Positions 9,665 through 19,838 of a DNA stretch of 64,000 nucleotides are shown here, piece by piece (the first letter of the stretch is position 1; each line of letters opens with the position of its first letter). The position numbers and the translations under genes were made by a program. This DNA is from Patescibacteria group bacterium (GTDB lineage Bacteria; Patescibacteriota; Patescibacteriia; PEXW01). The notes beneath the pieces are model-generated. The model was not told where the DNA came from. It made no database searches and saw only the letters and a list, made by a program, of their open reading frames with translations. The stretch is taken from assembly GCA_038065235.1 (NCBI GenBank), contig JBBTRK010000016.1, positions 11,308 through 75,307 on the forward strand, read 5' to 3'.

Positions 9665-11122
9665 ATGGTAGTGGCTGAAAATGATGAACGATTGGTTCGC
9701 TTGCAACGCCTAAAAGAGTTGCAAGGCGCTGGGGTCAATGCGTACCCAAGCACGGTAAACCGAACTCATACTGTTGAGCAGTTTCTTGCTGCGTTTGAAA
9801 ATTCAGATCTACGGGCAATCCTGGCAGGGAGAATTCGGGCCCAGCGTCGGCATGGTGGCTCAACTTTTGCAGATCTCGAGGATGGTACTGGGCGGTTGCA
9901 AATATTTTTCTCTTCGAAAGATCTTCCAGAAATGTACGAGATTCTTGTTACTCGTTTTGATATTGGCGATTTTATAGAAGTAACCGGTACCCCATTTACG
10001 ACCAAATCAGGACAGAAGAGCCTACACGTGACCGCGGTAGTTCTCCTGTGCAAGGCGCTTCGACCGCTGCCAGATAAAATTCATGGTTTAACTGATACTG
10101 AGCATCGCTACCGGCAACGAGAACTCGATCTCCTAGCGAATGCCGAATCGATGAGTGTTGCTCGTAGCCGTGCCGCTATGTTGCGCGCCCTTCGAGCAGG
10201 ATTCGAAGAAGCTGGTTTCCTGGAAGTTGAAACGCCAGTGCTGCAGGCAATTGCTGGGGGCGCAACTGCGAAACCCTTCACAACGCACCACAATGCCTTG
10301 AATCTTGACCTCTTCCTCCGTGTTGCCCCCGAACTCTACCTAAAACGTTTAATTATTGGCGGCTTTGAGCGCGTGTACGAAGTTGCACGGTGTTTCCGCA
10401 ATGAAGGCATAAGCCCGCAGCACAACCCGGAATTCACGCAAATAGAGTTCTACGCTGCGTACTGGGACTACACACAGATGATGTCATTCTGTGAACAATT
10501 ACTAGTTCAGGTCGTAGAAAAAGTTCGCGGAACACTGCAGTTTGAAGTTGATGGAAAGACCATAGACTTTTCTGCACCGTTGCCTCGCGTGCGCTACGTC
10601 GATGCAATCCGAATTGCAACAGGTCTCGATGTTCTAGAGAGTGACGTGAAGACGCTATACACCGCAGCGAAGAAGCTAGGCGCTGATGTTGCGAAGAATG
10701 ATGGGCGTGGGAAGCTTATTGATATCCTTTGGAAAACTGCGGTTCGGCCGAATGTTCACCGCCCAACGTTCATAGTTGACTACCCGGCCGAGCTTTCACC
10801 ATTGGCAAAACGTAAAGCAGACGACCCTCGCGTCGTGGAAATGTTTCAGCTCGTAATCTCCGGAGCCGAAGTCATCAAGGCCTTCACCGAACTAAATGAT
10901 CCGCTCGACCAAGCAAAAAGGTTCGCCGAGCAAGACGCCCTACGGAAAGCTGGTGACGAAGAAGCGCAGGGGACAGACCCACTGTTCGTTGAGGCTTTGG
11001 AGTACGGTATGCCGCCGACGGCTGGGGCGGGCATCGGTATCGATCGGCTCGCAGCCATACTCACTGGCAGCCACAGTTTGAAAGAAGTTATTCTGTTTCC
11101 TACACTACGACCGAAAGAGTAG
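9665..11122 (+). CDS. lysS: Lysyl-tRNA synthetase (class II)
   Basis: N-terminal OB fold followed by class II motifs (FRNEG, GxGIDR). Confidence 0.9.
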   Translation: MVVAENDERLVRLQRLKELQGAGVNAYPSTVNRTHTVEQFLAAFENSDLRAILAGRIRAQRRHGGSTFADLEDGTGRLQIFFSSKDLPEMYEILVTRFDIGDFIEVTGTPFTTKSGQKSLHVTAVVLLCKALRPLPDKIHGLTDTEHRYRQRELDLLANAESMSVARSRAAMLRALRAGFEEAGFLEVETPVLQAIAGGATAKPFTTHHNALNLDLFLRVAPELYLKRLIIGGFERVYEVARCFRNEGISPQHNPEFTQIEFYAAYWDYTQMMSFCEQLLVQVVEKVRGTLQFEVDGKTIDFSAPLPRVRYVDAIRIATGLDVLESDVKTLYTAAKKLGADVAKNDGRGKLIDILWKTAVRPNVHRPTFIVDYPAELSPLAKRKADDPRVVEMFQLVISGAEVIKAFTELNDPLDQAKRFAEQDALRKAGDEEAQGTDPLFVEALEYGMPPTAGAGIGIDRLAAILTGSHSLKEVILFPTLRPKE

Positions 11123-11129
11123 CCTTACT

Positions 11130-12395
11130 ATGCTTAATATTAAGAAACTGAAAGAGAATCCAGAAGCGTTAATTAACGCTTTAGAAACTCGCGGTGTCAA
11201 AGAAGCTAAGAAGGTTGCTCATATTGCTATTGATCAGCACGAAGCATATATTCGTACACTCCAAAAAACAGAAGAGGTTAAATCAAAACTTAATAGCCTA
11301 AGCAAAAAAATTCCTACACTCCAGGGAACTGAAAAAATGGAAGCGTTGGCAGAGGCAAAAAAACTGAGCGCTGCCTCAGTAAACCAAAAGTTTGTAAATG
11401 GTATGGCTTTGTACATGCTGCCCAATATTCCAATCGACGATGTACCAGTTGGTCCTGATGCGTCAGGAAATGTTGTACTTCGCGAAGAAGGCCAGCGGAA
11501 AACATTTCTGAAGGCGCAAGACTACCTTACCATCGGTGAAGAGCTTGATATTATTGATATGCAACGTGCCGCGAAAGTATCGGGTTCACGCTTTGGGTAC
11601 TTGAAAGGTGCGGGCGCACTTTTAGAATTTGCCTTAGTGCAGTACGCAATGCAAGAGCTTACGAAAACGAACTTCACACCAGTAGTACCACCAGTGCTAG
11701 TTAACGAACCCTACATGGAAGCCATGGGATACCTAGCCCAGGGTGGAAGTGACGAGGTGTACCATTTCGACAAAGATAAGCAGTATCTAGTTGGCACTTC
11801 AGAGCAGTCAATGGGGCCGTACCACGCGGATGAAATTATTCCAGAATCTGATCTGCCAAAGAAGTATGTCGCTTTCTCGAGCTGTTTTCGACGAGAAGCT
11901 GGTAGCTACGGCAAGGATACAAAAGGCATTTTACGTGTACACCAATTCGACAAAGTGGAAATGCTCGTGGTGTGTGCGCCAAGTGATTCAGAAAAACTCC
12001 ACCAAGAGTTGCTCACGATGCAGGAAAAACTCGTGCAGGGTTTAGGCATTCCATACCGTGTTGTCCAACTGTGTACCGGCGACCTAAGCTTCCCTTCAGC
12101 AAAAACCTACGATATTGAGTGCTGGCTACCAGGGCAAAACAATGGGAAAGGTGAGTACCGTGAGACACATTCGACCTCGAACACTACCGACTACCAAGCT
12201 CGTGCGCTCAACATCCGCATGAAGGGGAAGGATGGAAAGAACGTTATAGCACATCTACTCAATGGCACTGCCTTCGCCATTGGCCGGACGATTATCGCAA
12301 TCCTAGAGAACTACCAGCAAGCTGATGGTTCCGTGCTAGTGCCGGATGTTTTGAAGCCGTTCATGCATGGTGTTGGCGTCATCCAGAAGCCCTAG
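11130..12395 (+). CDS. serS: Seryl-tRNA synthetase
   Basis: N-terminal coiled-coil arm plus a class II core (…CFRREAGSYGKDTKGILRVHQF…). Confidence 0.9.
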   Translation: MLNIKKLKENPEALINALETRGVKEAKKVAHIAIDQHEAYIRTLQKTEEVKSKLNSLSKKIPTLQGTEKMEALAEAKKLSAASVNQKFVNGMALYMLPNIPIDDVPVGPDASGNVVLREEGQRKTFLKAQDYLTIGEELDIIDMQRAAKVSGSRFGYLKGAGALLEFALVQYAMQELTKTNFTPVVPPVLVNEPYMEAMGYLAQGGSDEVYHFDKDKQYLVGTSEQSMGPYHADEIIPESDLPKKYVAFSSCFRREAGSYGKDTKGILRVHQFDKVEMLVVCAPSDSEKLHQELLTMQEKLVQGLGIPYRVVQLCTGDLSFPSAKTYDIECWLPGQNNGKGEYRETHSTSNTTDYQARALNIRMKGKDGKNVIAHLLNGTAFAIGRTIIAILENYQQADGSVLVPDVLKPFMHGVGVIQKP

Positions 12396-12397
12396 GC

Positions 12398-13540
12398 ATG
12401 CATAATGCATTGACGGAAATCCGAATTTCACGTTCGGCACTCATCCACAACGTGAAAGCCTTTCGGGGCGTCATTGGCCCAAAAGTACAACTCATGGTGG
12501 TTGTGAAGAGTAATGCCTACGGCCACGGGGTAGGGGAGTGCGCACCGATCTTCGCGAAAGCGGGTGTCGATTGGTTTGGTGTTGCTTCGCTAACCGAAGC
12601 ACTGCAGCTACGGCATATCGTGAAAACGAAGCCAATCCTCGTCCTCAGCTTCGTCGATGGTGGTACTGCAGCAATAGAGAAAGCAATCCAGCAGGGGATT
12701 CGTTTACCAGCGTACACGAAAGAGCAATTACGTCAGTACCAACGCATTGCACAGCGATTGAAGAAAAGCGCATTCATCCATTTAAAATTCGATACTGGCA
12801 CTTCACGCATTGGTTTTCTTCCAGAAGAACTCCCAATGGTAGTTTGGTATCTCCAACGTCTCACAAATGTGCAAGTCGAAGGTGTCTATAGCCACTTTTC
12901 AGAAGTTGAGTCGAATAACAAAAAATTCACATTGAAGCAGCTCGATTGTTTTACAACACTTGTGAACAATCTTGAATCGTCACTCGCCAGGCGACTCATA
13001 AAACACATCGATTGCTCCGCTGGGGTGCTATTAGAACCACAATCGCATTTCGATATGGTTCGTGTTGGTATGTCTGCGTACGGTATTCACACTGTGCAAG
13101 ATAGAAAGCTCATCAAACATACGTACCCAAAATTTTCGCTCATACCAGTACTCACATTTCATACAACAGTGATTCAAGTGAAACGTGTTACAAAAGGCGT
13201 GACGATTGGGTACAATCGAACGTTTACCTGTAAAAAACCTACGACTATTGCAGTCCTGCCCGTTGGTTATTGGGATGGTCTGGATCGAAAACTCTCCAAC
13301 ATTGGTTCTGTCATTATCAATGGGAAACACGCTCCAATACGAGGACGGGTCTGCATGAACCTGACGATGGTTGATGTCACTGGCATTGCTGCAGTCCATG
13401 TGGGTAGTCAAGTGACGTTCATTGGTTGTGCAGGACCAACTTGCCTGACTGTCGAGGCACTCGCCAAACAGATTGGTACAATATCATACGAAGTACTGAC
13501 ACGTCTCAACCCATCCATCGCTCGGTCCCTAGCCCCCTAA
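12398..13540 (+). CDS. alr: Alanine racemase
   Basis: PLP-Lys motif VVKSNAYGHG. Shows the two-domain TIM plus beta architecture. Confidence 0.85.
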   Translation: MHNALTEIRISRSALIHNVKAFRGVIGPKVQLMVVVKSNAYGHGVGECAPIFAKAGVDWFGVASLTEALQLRHIVKTKPILVLSFVDGGTAAIEKAIQQGIRLPAYTKEQLRQYQRIAQRLKKSAFIHLKFDTGTSRIGFLPEELPMVVWYLQRLTNVQVEGVYSHFSEVESNNKKFTLKQLDCFTTLVNNLESSLARRLIKHIDCSAGVLLEPQSHFDMVRVGMSAYGIHTVQDRKLIKHTYPKFSLIPVLTFHTTVIQVKRVTKGVTIGYNRTFTCKKPTTIAVLPVGYWDGLDRKLSNIGSVIINGKHAPIRGRVCMNLTMVDVTGIAAVHVGSQVTFIGCAGPTCLTVEALAKQIGTISYEVLTRLNPSIARSLAP

Positions 13541-13590
13541 CGAACGTGAGTTTCCGCAAAACACACCAACAACTCCGTAACCCGCTGTTC

Positions 13591-14355
13591 ATGGGATCCA
13601 AGCGAGACCCGTGGATGGCCAAGCACCCACGCTGGGTTGCGTGCATACTCATTCTCATCCTTACGGGCTGCCTGTACCTCGTGTATGGACTTTCCGCATG
13701 GCAGGTGACCACGTTGAAAGTTTCTGGGCAGTACACACTCCCACTTACCGAGCTCCGTGACATTACTCGAGCGCAGCAGCAATCCCGCTGGCTACTTTTC
13801 TTTCGCCAGACAAACCTCTGGGCATTCGATACGCGTGCCTACGAGCGTCGGTTGAGGGAGCGCTGGATGTTTTCAAAACTTTCGATCCGACGGTCGATAC
13901 CGAATACCCTAACCTTGAATGTCATCGAGGAACAGCCAGCGTACGTCTACCAGCTGAATGGAGCACTTATCGGAATTGATCGCAAAGGTACTGCTTCGAC
14001 GTTTCTCCCGGCTGCCCCAGCTGGTGTCCCGCAAATTATTTTTCTTGCGCCATTCGATCTCAAGCTGCAAGATGCAGCACTTTCAAATAATCAAGCATCT
14101 TTTCTTACCACCTTCATTGAGAAAATTCGTGAGCGCCAAGATGAAAAATTATTTGTGAAAAAAGTCACCGTTGCAGTTGCACCTGAAACGACATTTCGTT
14201 TGGGTATGACGGGGGATTGGGAAGTGATCGTCAATTCTGTAGCGAGTGCTGAAGAGCAAGCACAAGCACTTCTCTTAGCCTACGACCAAAAACTGCAAGG
14301 CAAGAAGCTAGAGTACGTCGATGTGAGCGTCCCTGCTCGGGTATATGTGAAATAA
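13591..14355 (+). CDS. ftsQ: FtsQ/DivIB-like cell division protein (TM plus POTRA)
   Basis: TM helix followed by a POTRA-like pattern (VTTLKVSGQYTLPLTELRDI…LNVIEEQPAYVYQ). Start taken at the ATG at 13591; the listed ORF 13426.. overlaps alr. Confidence 0.5.
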   Translation: MGSKRDPWMAKHPRWVACILILILTGCLYLVYGLSAWQVTTLKVSGQYTLPLTELRDITRAQQQSRWLLFFRQTNLWAFDTRAYERRLRERWMFSKLSIRRSIPNTLTLNVIEEQPAYVYQLNGALIGIDRKGTASTFLPAAPAGVPQIIFLAPFDLKLQDAALSNNQASFLTTFIEKIRERQDEKLFVKKVTVAVAPETTFRLGMTGDWEVIVNSVASAEEQAQALLLAYDQKLQGKKLEYVDVSVPARVYVK

Positions 14356-14358
14356 TTT

Positions 14359-14799
14359 ATGCTTCTCGTCGTCCATGTCATCGCTGGTGCAGTTGTCGGG
14401 GTTGCTCTGCAACATCCTGCCATTTCTGCTCCTATTGCTTTTGCGACACATATACTCCTGGATGCTGTTCCACACTGGAATTACCCAGTGCCGCAGAAAA
14501 AAACTCTCCAGAGCTTCTGGCAGAGTTTTGGGCCTGACATGGTTGCGACTGTGATAGTGAGCGTTGGGCTCATTGTGTGGTTCTGGAATGTCTGGCCATT
14601 CGTTGTTTGGGGCATTGCCTGGGCAAGTCTACCAGACTTCTTAACGCTGTACCGGAATACCAAACCTTGGTCAATTTGGTTAAAGGGGTACTACAAGCTA
14701 CATAATCACGCGCAGTGGGAAGTCGCTAGAGGCCCAGGATTGGCTATACAAGCATTTTCCGTAGCAATCCTAGTGTCGATATTGAGAATGCTTAAATAG
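14359..14799 (+). CDS. Small polytopic membrane protein. Possibly a DUF457/YdjM-like metal-dependent hydrolase.
   Basis: 146 aa with 3-4 TM helices and an H..LD..PHW motif. Starts 4 nt after the ftsQ-like stop. Confidence 0.35.
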   Translation: MLLVVHVIAGAVVGVALQHPAISAPIAFATHILLDAVPHWNYPVPQKKTLQSFWQSFGPDMVATVIVSVGLIVWFWNVWPFVVWGIAWASLPDFLTLYRNTKPWSIWLKGYYKLHNHAQWEVARGPGLAIQAFSVAILVSILRMLK

Positions 14800-14898
14800 G
14801 CTAATGGAGGCTTCATAGTGATTTTTGTACCTAGGCTTCGTTTAAGGTATATTGTGCGACCCATTACGGCAGAAAGGAATATAGTTTCACATCATCCC

Positions 14899-16200
14899 CT
14901 ACGGCAAGTAGTCGAGCGGGTTCACTGGAATGCCATTGAGACGTACCTCGAAGTGTAGGTGTGCACCAGTGGTGAGACGCCCAGCACCAGGGGTGCCTGG
15001 CATACCACCAGTGAGACCAATAATCTGGCCTTTCTTCACAAAGGTATCTTCCGCAACGTTGATTTGGCTCACGTGCCCGTAGACGGTGGAGATGCTATTG
15101 GAATGCACGAGTAGGATGTAGCTATACCCCATTCCCCCATTCTTTGTTCGAGCGACGTAGCCATCGTCAGGAGCAGCAATAGCAGTCCCTTGTGCTATGG
15201 GCACATCAATTGCTGGATGCTCGAAGTATTTTCGATATGGGTACGTTGGGTCATGGAAGTACGCACTAATCCCCTTCGCGGTAGATATTGGCCAGGCAAG
15301 CTGAACGTTTCGATTCCCCGTGAAGGTCGAGAAGTCCTGATTCGTTGCTGTTGAACCACTTGGTCCCTGAAGCTTCGTTTTAACTCTTTCCTCAAGTGCG
15401 CGAATGTCACTGTCGGCCGCAAGTTGTTCTTGTTTGGATTGCTCGAGTAATTGGCTGTACTGTTGCTCACTCGATTGCGTATCAGTGAGAATGGTGCCTT
15501 TGTACTCTTTCTGCGCATCGAGTGAGTTCTTTGCAACAGTAACTTCTTGCTGAAGCCCTTCGAGCTCTCGTTTATTCTTCTCTCGGTCAGCTTTCTCACG
15601 TTCCAGGTTACTCTTCGCGTCTTGTAAATCTCCAAGTGCGGTAGCAACCCGGTCTTGCAGCGTCGCCGTCGCTCGAATATCATTCACCACTTCAGAAAAT
15701 GAATTGTGAACCACAAGGAGCTCCAACGGATCACGTTGATCATACCGATTAATCGTCCGCACGAGGTCTGCGAGGTATAAGTGCTGGGCGTCAATGTCTT
15801 TCTGCTTTTGGTCAACAGCCTGCTGGGCTGCGGCTATCTCTATACGTTTTTCTTCAATCGAATAATCGAGTGACTGCAAATCTAACTCTGCTTTCCCAAC
15901 TTGCGCATCGAGGAGTTCAAGTTCATTCTTCAAGCTGGCAGACACCTTCTGCTTCTCAGCAATAACATCCTGGTACCGCTGAAGCCGTTCCTGGAGGAGT
16001 TTTTGCTGATCCTGCTTATCCTGGAGGGCTTTATTCAGCTCATCAACAGTGGGATCGCTAGTTGTGAGTGTGGCTGGAGCAGCTATAGTCGGCGCTGTTG
16101 TTTCTTGCGCACGGAGGCTATTTGGAAATGACCAAACCACGCTCATGAGGAGCGCAAGACCAATGGTGAGTGATTTTTGACTAAAGTTTTGTTTCACCAT
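14899..16200 (-). CDS. Secreted M23 (LytM) peptidase with a long coiled-coil, EnvC-like architecture
   Basis: Signal peptide, roughly 250 aa of coiled-coil, and a C-terminal M23 domain with intact H-x-H (GAHLHFEV) and YGH motifs. Confidence 0.8.
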   Translation of the reverse strand: MVKQNFSQKSLTIGLALLMSVVWSFPNSLRAQETTAPTIAAPATLTTSDPTVDELNKALQDKQDQQKLLQERLQRYQDVIAEKQKVSASLKNELELLDAQVGKAELDLQSLDYSIEEKRIEIAAAQQAVDQKQKDIDAQHLYLADLVRTINRYDQRDPLELLVVHNSFSEVVNDIRATATLQDRVATALGDLQDAKSNLEREKADREKNKRELEGLQQEVTVAKNSLDAQKEYKGTILTDTQSSEQQYSQLLEQSKQEQLAADSDIRALEERVKTKLQGPSGSTATNQDFSTFTGNRNVQLAWPISTAKGISAYFHDPTYPYRKYFEHPAIDVPIAQGTAIAAPDDGYVARTKNGGMGYSYILLVHSNSISTVYGHVSQINVAEDTFVKKGQIIGLTGGMPGTPGAGRLTTGAHLHFEVRLNGIPVNPLDYLP

Positions 16201-16241
16201 AGCGAGCTCACTATAGCACGCTTCTTGCGAAAAATCAAGCT

Positions 16242-17693
16242 CTAGAGGGTTTCCAGAGACTGTTGTAGCCGCTGGAGCGCTCGTTTTTTCCCAAGAGCTA
16301 TGGCAATGTCAAAAACATCAGGGCTTGTCTTGGAGCCAGAGAGGGCTACCCGAACTGGCCATAATACTTCTTGGTTTGACCATCCCCTTTCCGAAATCCA
16401 TGAAAGCGTCGCAGTACGAATTTCATCAGCGTTGCCCCAATCCCCTTCTGCTCGGTCATGAAGCCAAAGGGTAATTGTCTTTATGACTTCTTTCGTGCGC
16501 TCGGGCGTTCCATTTTTTGGAATTAGTATTGCACTATCGTACGTAATATTTTCTTCAGTGAGAAAAGTAATTGCTGTTTGAAGATCACTCAAGCGTTCAG
16601 CGCGTTCAATAACTAAGGGTAAGTACTTTCGTGCCTCAGCATCCGAACAGCTTAGTTTTGCTGCTTGAGCAAGTACGACAGGATCGGTCGTACGCATGTG
16701 TAAGCGATTGAGGTGGATGAGCTTCTTGGTGTCGAATATGGCACCAGCTTTATTCACTTTTGAAAGGTCAAAATCGCGTTGAAGTTCCGTTAGTGATGGG
16801 TAATACTCTTGCTCAGTTTTCGGATTCCACCCTAGGAGAGCAATAAAATTCAATGTTGCCATGGGGAGATAATCAGCCAGAAAGTCGGCGGCCGCGGTTG
16901 TGCCATCTCGCTTTGAGAGTTTTTTTCGAGCGGTATTCAAAATGAGCGGAAGGTGTGCAAACGCCGGTGCTTCCCATGCGAAAGCTGTATACAGTAAGAG
17001 GTGGAGTGGCAGTGACGGTAACCACTCCTCGGCTCGGAGCACGTGCGATATTTCCATCGCATGGTCATCCACGACATTCGCCAGGTGGTAGGTGGGGAAG
17101 CCATCGGTTTTGATAAGTACTGCGTCTTCAATAGTTGCATGACGAAAAACCACCAAACCTCGAACCAGGTCGTCCACTTGCGTGCTGCCTTCTCGAGGAG
17201 TGCGGAATCGAATGACGTGAGACTCCCCTGCCGCAACACGCGTAGCAGCAGCTGTTGGTGTTATCGTTCGGCAGGTACCGTCGTACCCTGGGGGCAAATG
17301 CTGCTGCTCTTGGCTAGCACGCAATGTAACAAGACGTTCCGGGGTGCAGAAACAAAAGTACGCACTCTCCTGCTCGATGAGTTTGGCAGCTGCGTCACGG
17401 TACATTGGTAGGCGTTTGGACTGCACGTACGGTCCAAAGACTCCTCGTTCGAAGATTTGACCGTTCTCTCGCAATACACCTTCGTCAGGAGAAATGCCAT
17501 AAGCCTGGAGTGTATCGACAATATCTTCTACTCCTCCAGCAACTGAACGCTTCTGATCTGTGTCTTCTATTCGGAGAACGAATGTACCACCGAGCTTCTT
17601 TGCAAAAAGATAATCGTACAGCGCCGTACGAAGGCTACCGATGTGGAGGCGACCCGTCGGTGATGGTGCAAATCGTACGCGGACAGGGTTCAT
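16242..17693 (-). CDS. gltX: Glutamyl-tRNA synthetase
   Basis: HIGH motif (PTGRLHIGS) and KLSKR (KMSKS). Start chosen at MNPVRVRFAPSP, the ATG at 17693; the listed ORF is 29 codons longer. Confidence 0.85.
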   Translation of the reverse strand: MNPVRVRFAPSPTGRLHIGSLRTALYDYLFAKKLGGTFVLRIEDTDQKRSVAGGVEDIVDTLQAYGISPDEGVLRENGQIFERGVFGPYVQSKRLPMYRDAAAKLIEQESAYFCFCTPERLVTLRASQEQQHLPPGYDGTCRTITPTAAATRVAAGESHVIRFRTPREGSTQVDDLVRGLVVFRHATIEDAVLIKTDGFPTYHLANVVDDHAMEISHVLRAEEWLPSLPLHLLLYTAFAWEAPAFAHLPLILNTARKKLSKRDGTTAAADFLADYLPMATLNFIALLGWNPKTEQEYYPSLTELQRDFDLSKVNKAGAIFDTKKLIHLNRLHMRTTDPVVLAQAAKLSCSDAEARKYLPLVIERAERLSDLQTAITFLTEENITYDSAILIPKNGTPERTKEVIKTITLWLHDRAEGDWGNADEIRTATLSWISERGWSNQEVLWPVRVALSGSKTSPDVFDIAIALGKKRALQRLQQSLETL

Positions 17694-18391
17694 TGGAAGA
17701 GAATAGTGTACCAGAAGCCAAATGTAGCGCGGAATACTCGTACGAAACGTCGAGGTTGCGTTACCAAGCGCCAGAGCCATTCTACGCCAAGCGCACGCAT
17801 TAGGCGAGGTGCTCTTCGACGGGCGCCTGTGAGGAAATCAATTGCTCCGCCAACACCTATAGCAACATGGACACTTGGGAACGTTGCAAGGTTTTTGGCG
17901 ATCCAGAGATCTTGCTGTGGCTGTCCGAGTACTACGAATAGGAGTGTTGGCGCGTACACTTGAATTCGTCCTTCAACCAATTCATCTTCGTACCAGACGT
18001 CAGCCGAGATGTCTGGGAACTTCTGTTGGAGTGCTTTCTGTACGTTCTCTGGGGTTGAGAGACCACCTGGCCGAAGTACTATACCAATTTTCATCTGCTG
18101 CGTTGTACAGTATGCGCACAGATCAGGCACAAGGTCTGCTCCCGGGTAACGTTCGAGGGCACCAAAGCCTCGTACCGCTAAGGCCAAGCCAATGCCATCA
18201 ACTAAACAAAGTGAGGCGCGTTCTGATATCTCGACGAGTGTTTGATTCTTTGACGCCAGAACAACATACTCTGGGTTCAGAGTTACAACCTGATGCTGGC
18301 CCGTGGACGTAAGAAAGTTCGTGAGTGTTTGAAATGCTTCAGCACGAGTGCCAAGATGCACTTTCAAGCCACGGTAGATTATTGCTTGCAT
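17690..18391 (-). CDS. WecG/TagA/CpsF-family glycosyltransferase (GT26)
   Basis: HQVVTLNPEYVV…DGIGL…G.PQQD.W…VGGAIDFL…R.P..M…GVEWLWRL. Start chosen at MQAIIYRGL (18391), which matches the family N-terminus and removes overlap with the divergent gene. Confidence 0.65.
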   Translation of the reverse strand: MQAIIYRGLKVHLGTRAEAFQTLTNFLTSTGQHQVVTLNPEYVVLASKNQTLVEISERASLCLVDGIGLALAVRGFGALERYPGADLVPDLCAYCTTQQMKIGIVLRPGGLSTPENVQKALQQKFPDISADVWYEDELVEGRIQVYAPTLLFVVLGQPQQDLWIAKNLATFPSVHVAIGVGGAIDFLTGARRRAPRLMRALGVEWLWRLVTQPRRFVRVFRATFGFWYTILFQ

Positions 18392-18435
18392 ATGTGTATC
18401 ATGCGACGGATTGCCGTTAGGCGCAAGGGCGATTC

Positions 18436-18464
18436 TTGCCAGAGAGCGTATTTTCTGGTAGAGT
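18436..18464 (+). promoter_or_regulatory. Possible promoter in the divergent intergenic region. TTGCCA (18436-41), a 17-nt spacer, TAGAGT (18459-64).
   Basis: Seen in the sequence. Only 9 nt lie before the ATG at 18474, so the transcript would be nearly leaderless. Weak call. Confidence 0.2.
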
Positions 18465-18473
18465 ATATGGACT

Positions 18474-19835
18474 ATGCGAAAAGTTTTTTCTCGCATCATA
18501 ACGACGGTAAGCGCGTTCGTTTTGCTCGTGCAGCCAGTATTAGTCCAAGCGGCTTTTCAGCCTGGGCGGATTATTGCTGATCAAGAATTTATTGATAGCA
18601 AGAGCATGGAAATTGTCGACGTCCAAGCATTCTTGCAAAGACGTGGTGGCACCTTAGGCACAATGCAGGTAACTGATTTCAATGGGGTTATAAAACCAAC
18701 TAGTGAAGCGATTGTTGAAGTAGCTCGGCTCTACGGCATTAATCCTGCGGTCATTCTGGTAACGCTGCAAAAAGAAATGAGTCTGCTTACCTGGAAAACC
18801 CCAACGCAGCGCGCCTACGACTACGCTATGGGGTATGGCTGCCCAGACAGTGGTGGATGCAGTGGAAAAGCCGCTGGGTTATATCGTCAACTCGATTTTG
18901 CAACGTGGCAGTTTCGACAGTATCTGGATTTCCCTGGGAGTTACACATTTCGCGCTGGGAATACGTACACCATCGATGCCACGACAGTCTTGCTAGAAAA
19001 TCAGGCAACTGCCGCACTTTACAATTACACGCCGCACTTCCATGGGAACGAAAACTTCTACAACTTATACACCCAGTGGTTCACCCGAACTTTCCCCGAT
19101 GGCTCGCTCGTCCGCATTGGGAAGACGGGGACGACCTGGTACATCCAGCACGGTGAGCGGAGAGCAATTCTCACTCGGGCTGCGTTCTTAACGCGTTTTG
19201 GTGACTATAAAAAAATTCTGGATATTTCCCCAGACGCCCTCGCGAACTACCCGCGTGGCACAGACATTAGATTACCGAACTTCTCACTGGTGCAAACCCC
19301 AGATGGTACGACCTACCTCCTAAGTGGCGACGAAAAACGAGTTATTCAATCTCCAGAAGTATTTCGAAATCTCGGCTTCAATCCTGAAGAAGTTGAGCAA
19401 GTACTCACCGAAGATATTGTTGGGTACCTCAATGGGGTAACTATAAGCAATGCGAACGCATACCCTGCAGGCGCCCTTGTGAGAATAAAAGAGAATGGTG
19501 GGGTTGCGTGGATTGAGCAAGGCATTCGGTACCCAATTCTTGACAGGAGCATTCTAAAATCACGTTTCCCGAATCGAAAAGTAAATTTGACCATAACGAA
19601 TGCTGAATTCGTGCAATACCCGAGAGCTGAGCCCCTCACCCTCCGTGATGGAGAACTAATTCGCATTAAAGGTGAAGGACTGGTAAGCGTTATTTCAAAT
19701 GGGCAACGCCGAAGCATACCCACTCGGAAACTTTTTAATCAGTACGGTTACAACATGAAAAACGTAATAACTATTTCTCCACGCGTTGCAGAACTCCACC
19801 CCATAGGTGAACAGCTTCCGAGCATTGGAAAATAA
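18474..19835 (+). CDS. Secreted protein with a Cys-containing N-terminal domain and four tandem ~60-aa repeats
   Basis: Signal peptide. Repeats at about aa 207-447 with the pattern G.L[VI]RI…G..[WY].I..G.RR.I.[ST]…F…G[FY]…V..I[ST]….YP.G. Confidence 0.6.
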   Translation: MRKVFSRIITTVSAFVLLVQPVLVQAAFQPGRIIADQEFIDSKSMEIVDVQAFLQRRGGTLGTMQVTDFNGVIKPTSEAIVEVARLYGINPAVILVTLQKEMSLLTWKTPTQRAYDYAMGYGCPDSGGCSGKAAGLYRQLDFATWQFRQYLDFPGSYTFRAGNTYTIDATTVLLENQATAALYNYTPHFHGNENFYNLYTQWFTRTFPDGSLVRIGKTGTTWYIQHGERRAILTRAAFLTRFGDYKKILDISPDALANYPRGTDIRLPNFSLVQTPDGTTYLLSGDEKRVIQSPEVFRNLGFNPEEVEQVLTEDIVGYLNGVTISNANAYPAGALVRIKENGGVAWIEQGIRYPILDRSILKSRFPNRKVNLTITNAEFVQYPRAEPLTLRDGELIRIKGEGLVSVISNGQRRSIPTRKLFNQYGYNMKNVITISPRVAELHPIGEQLPSIGK

Positions 19836-19838
19836 CGT

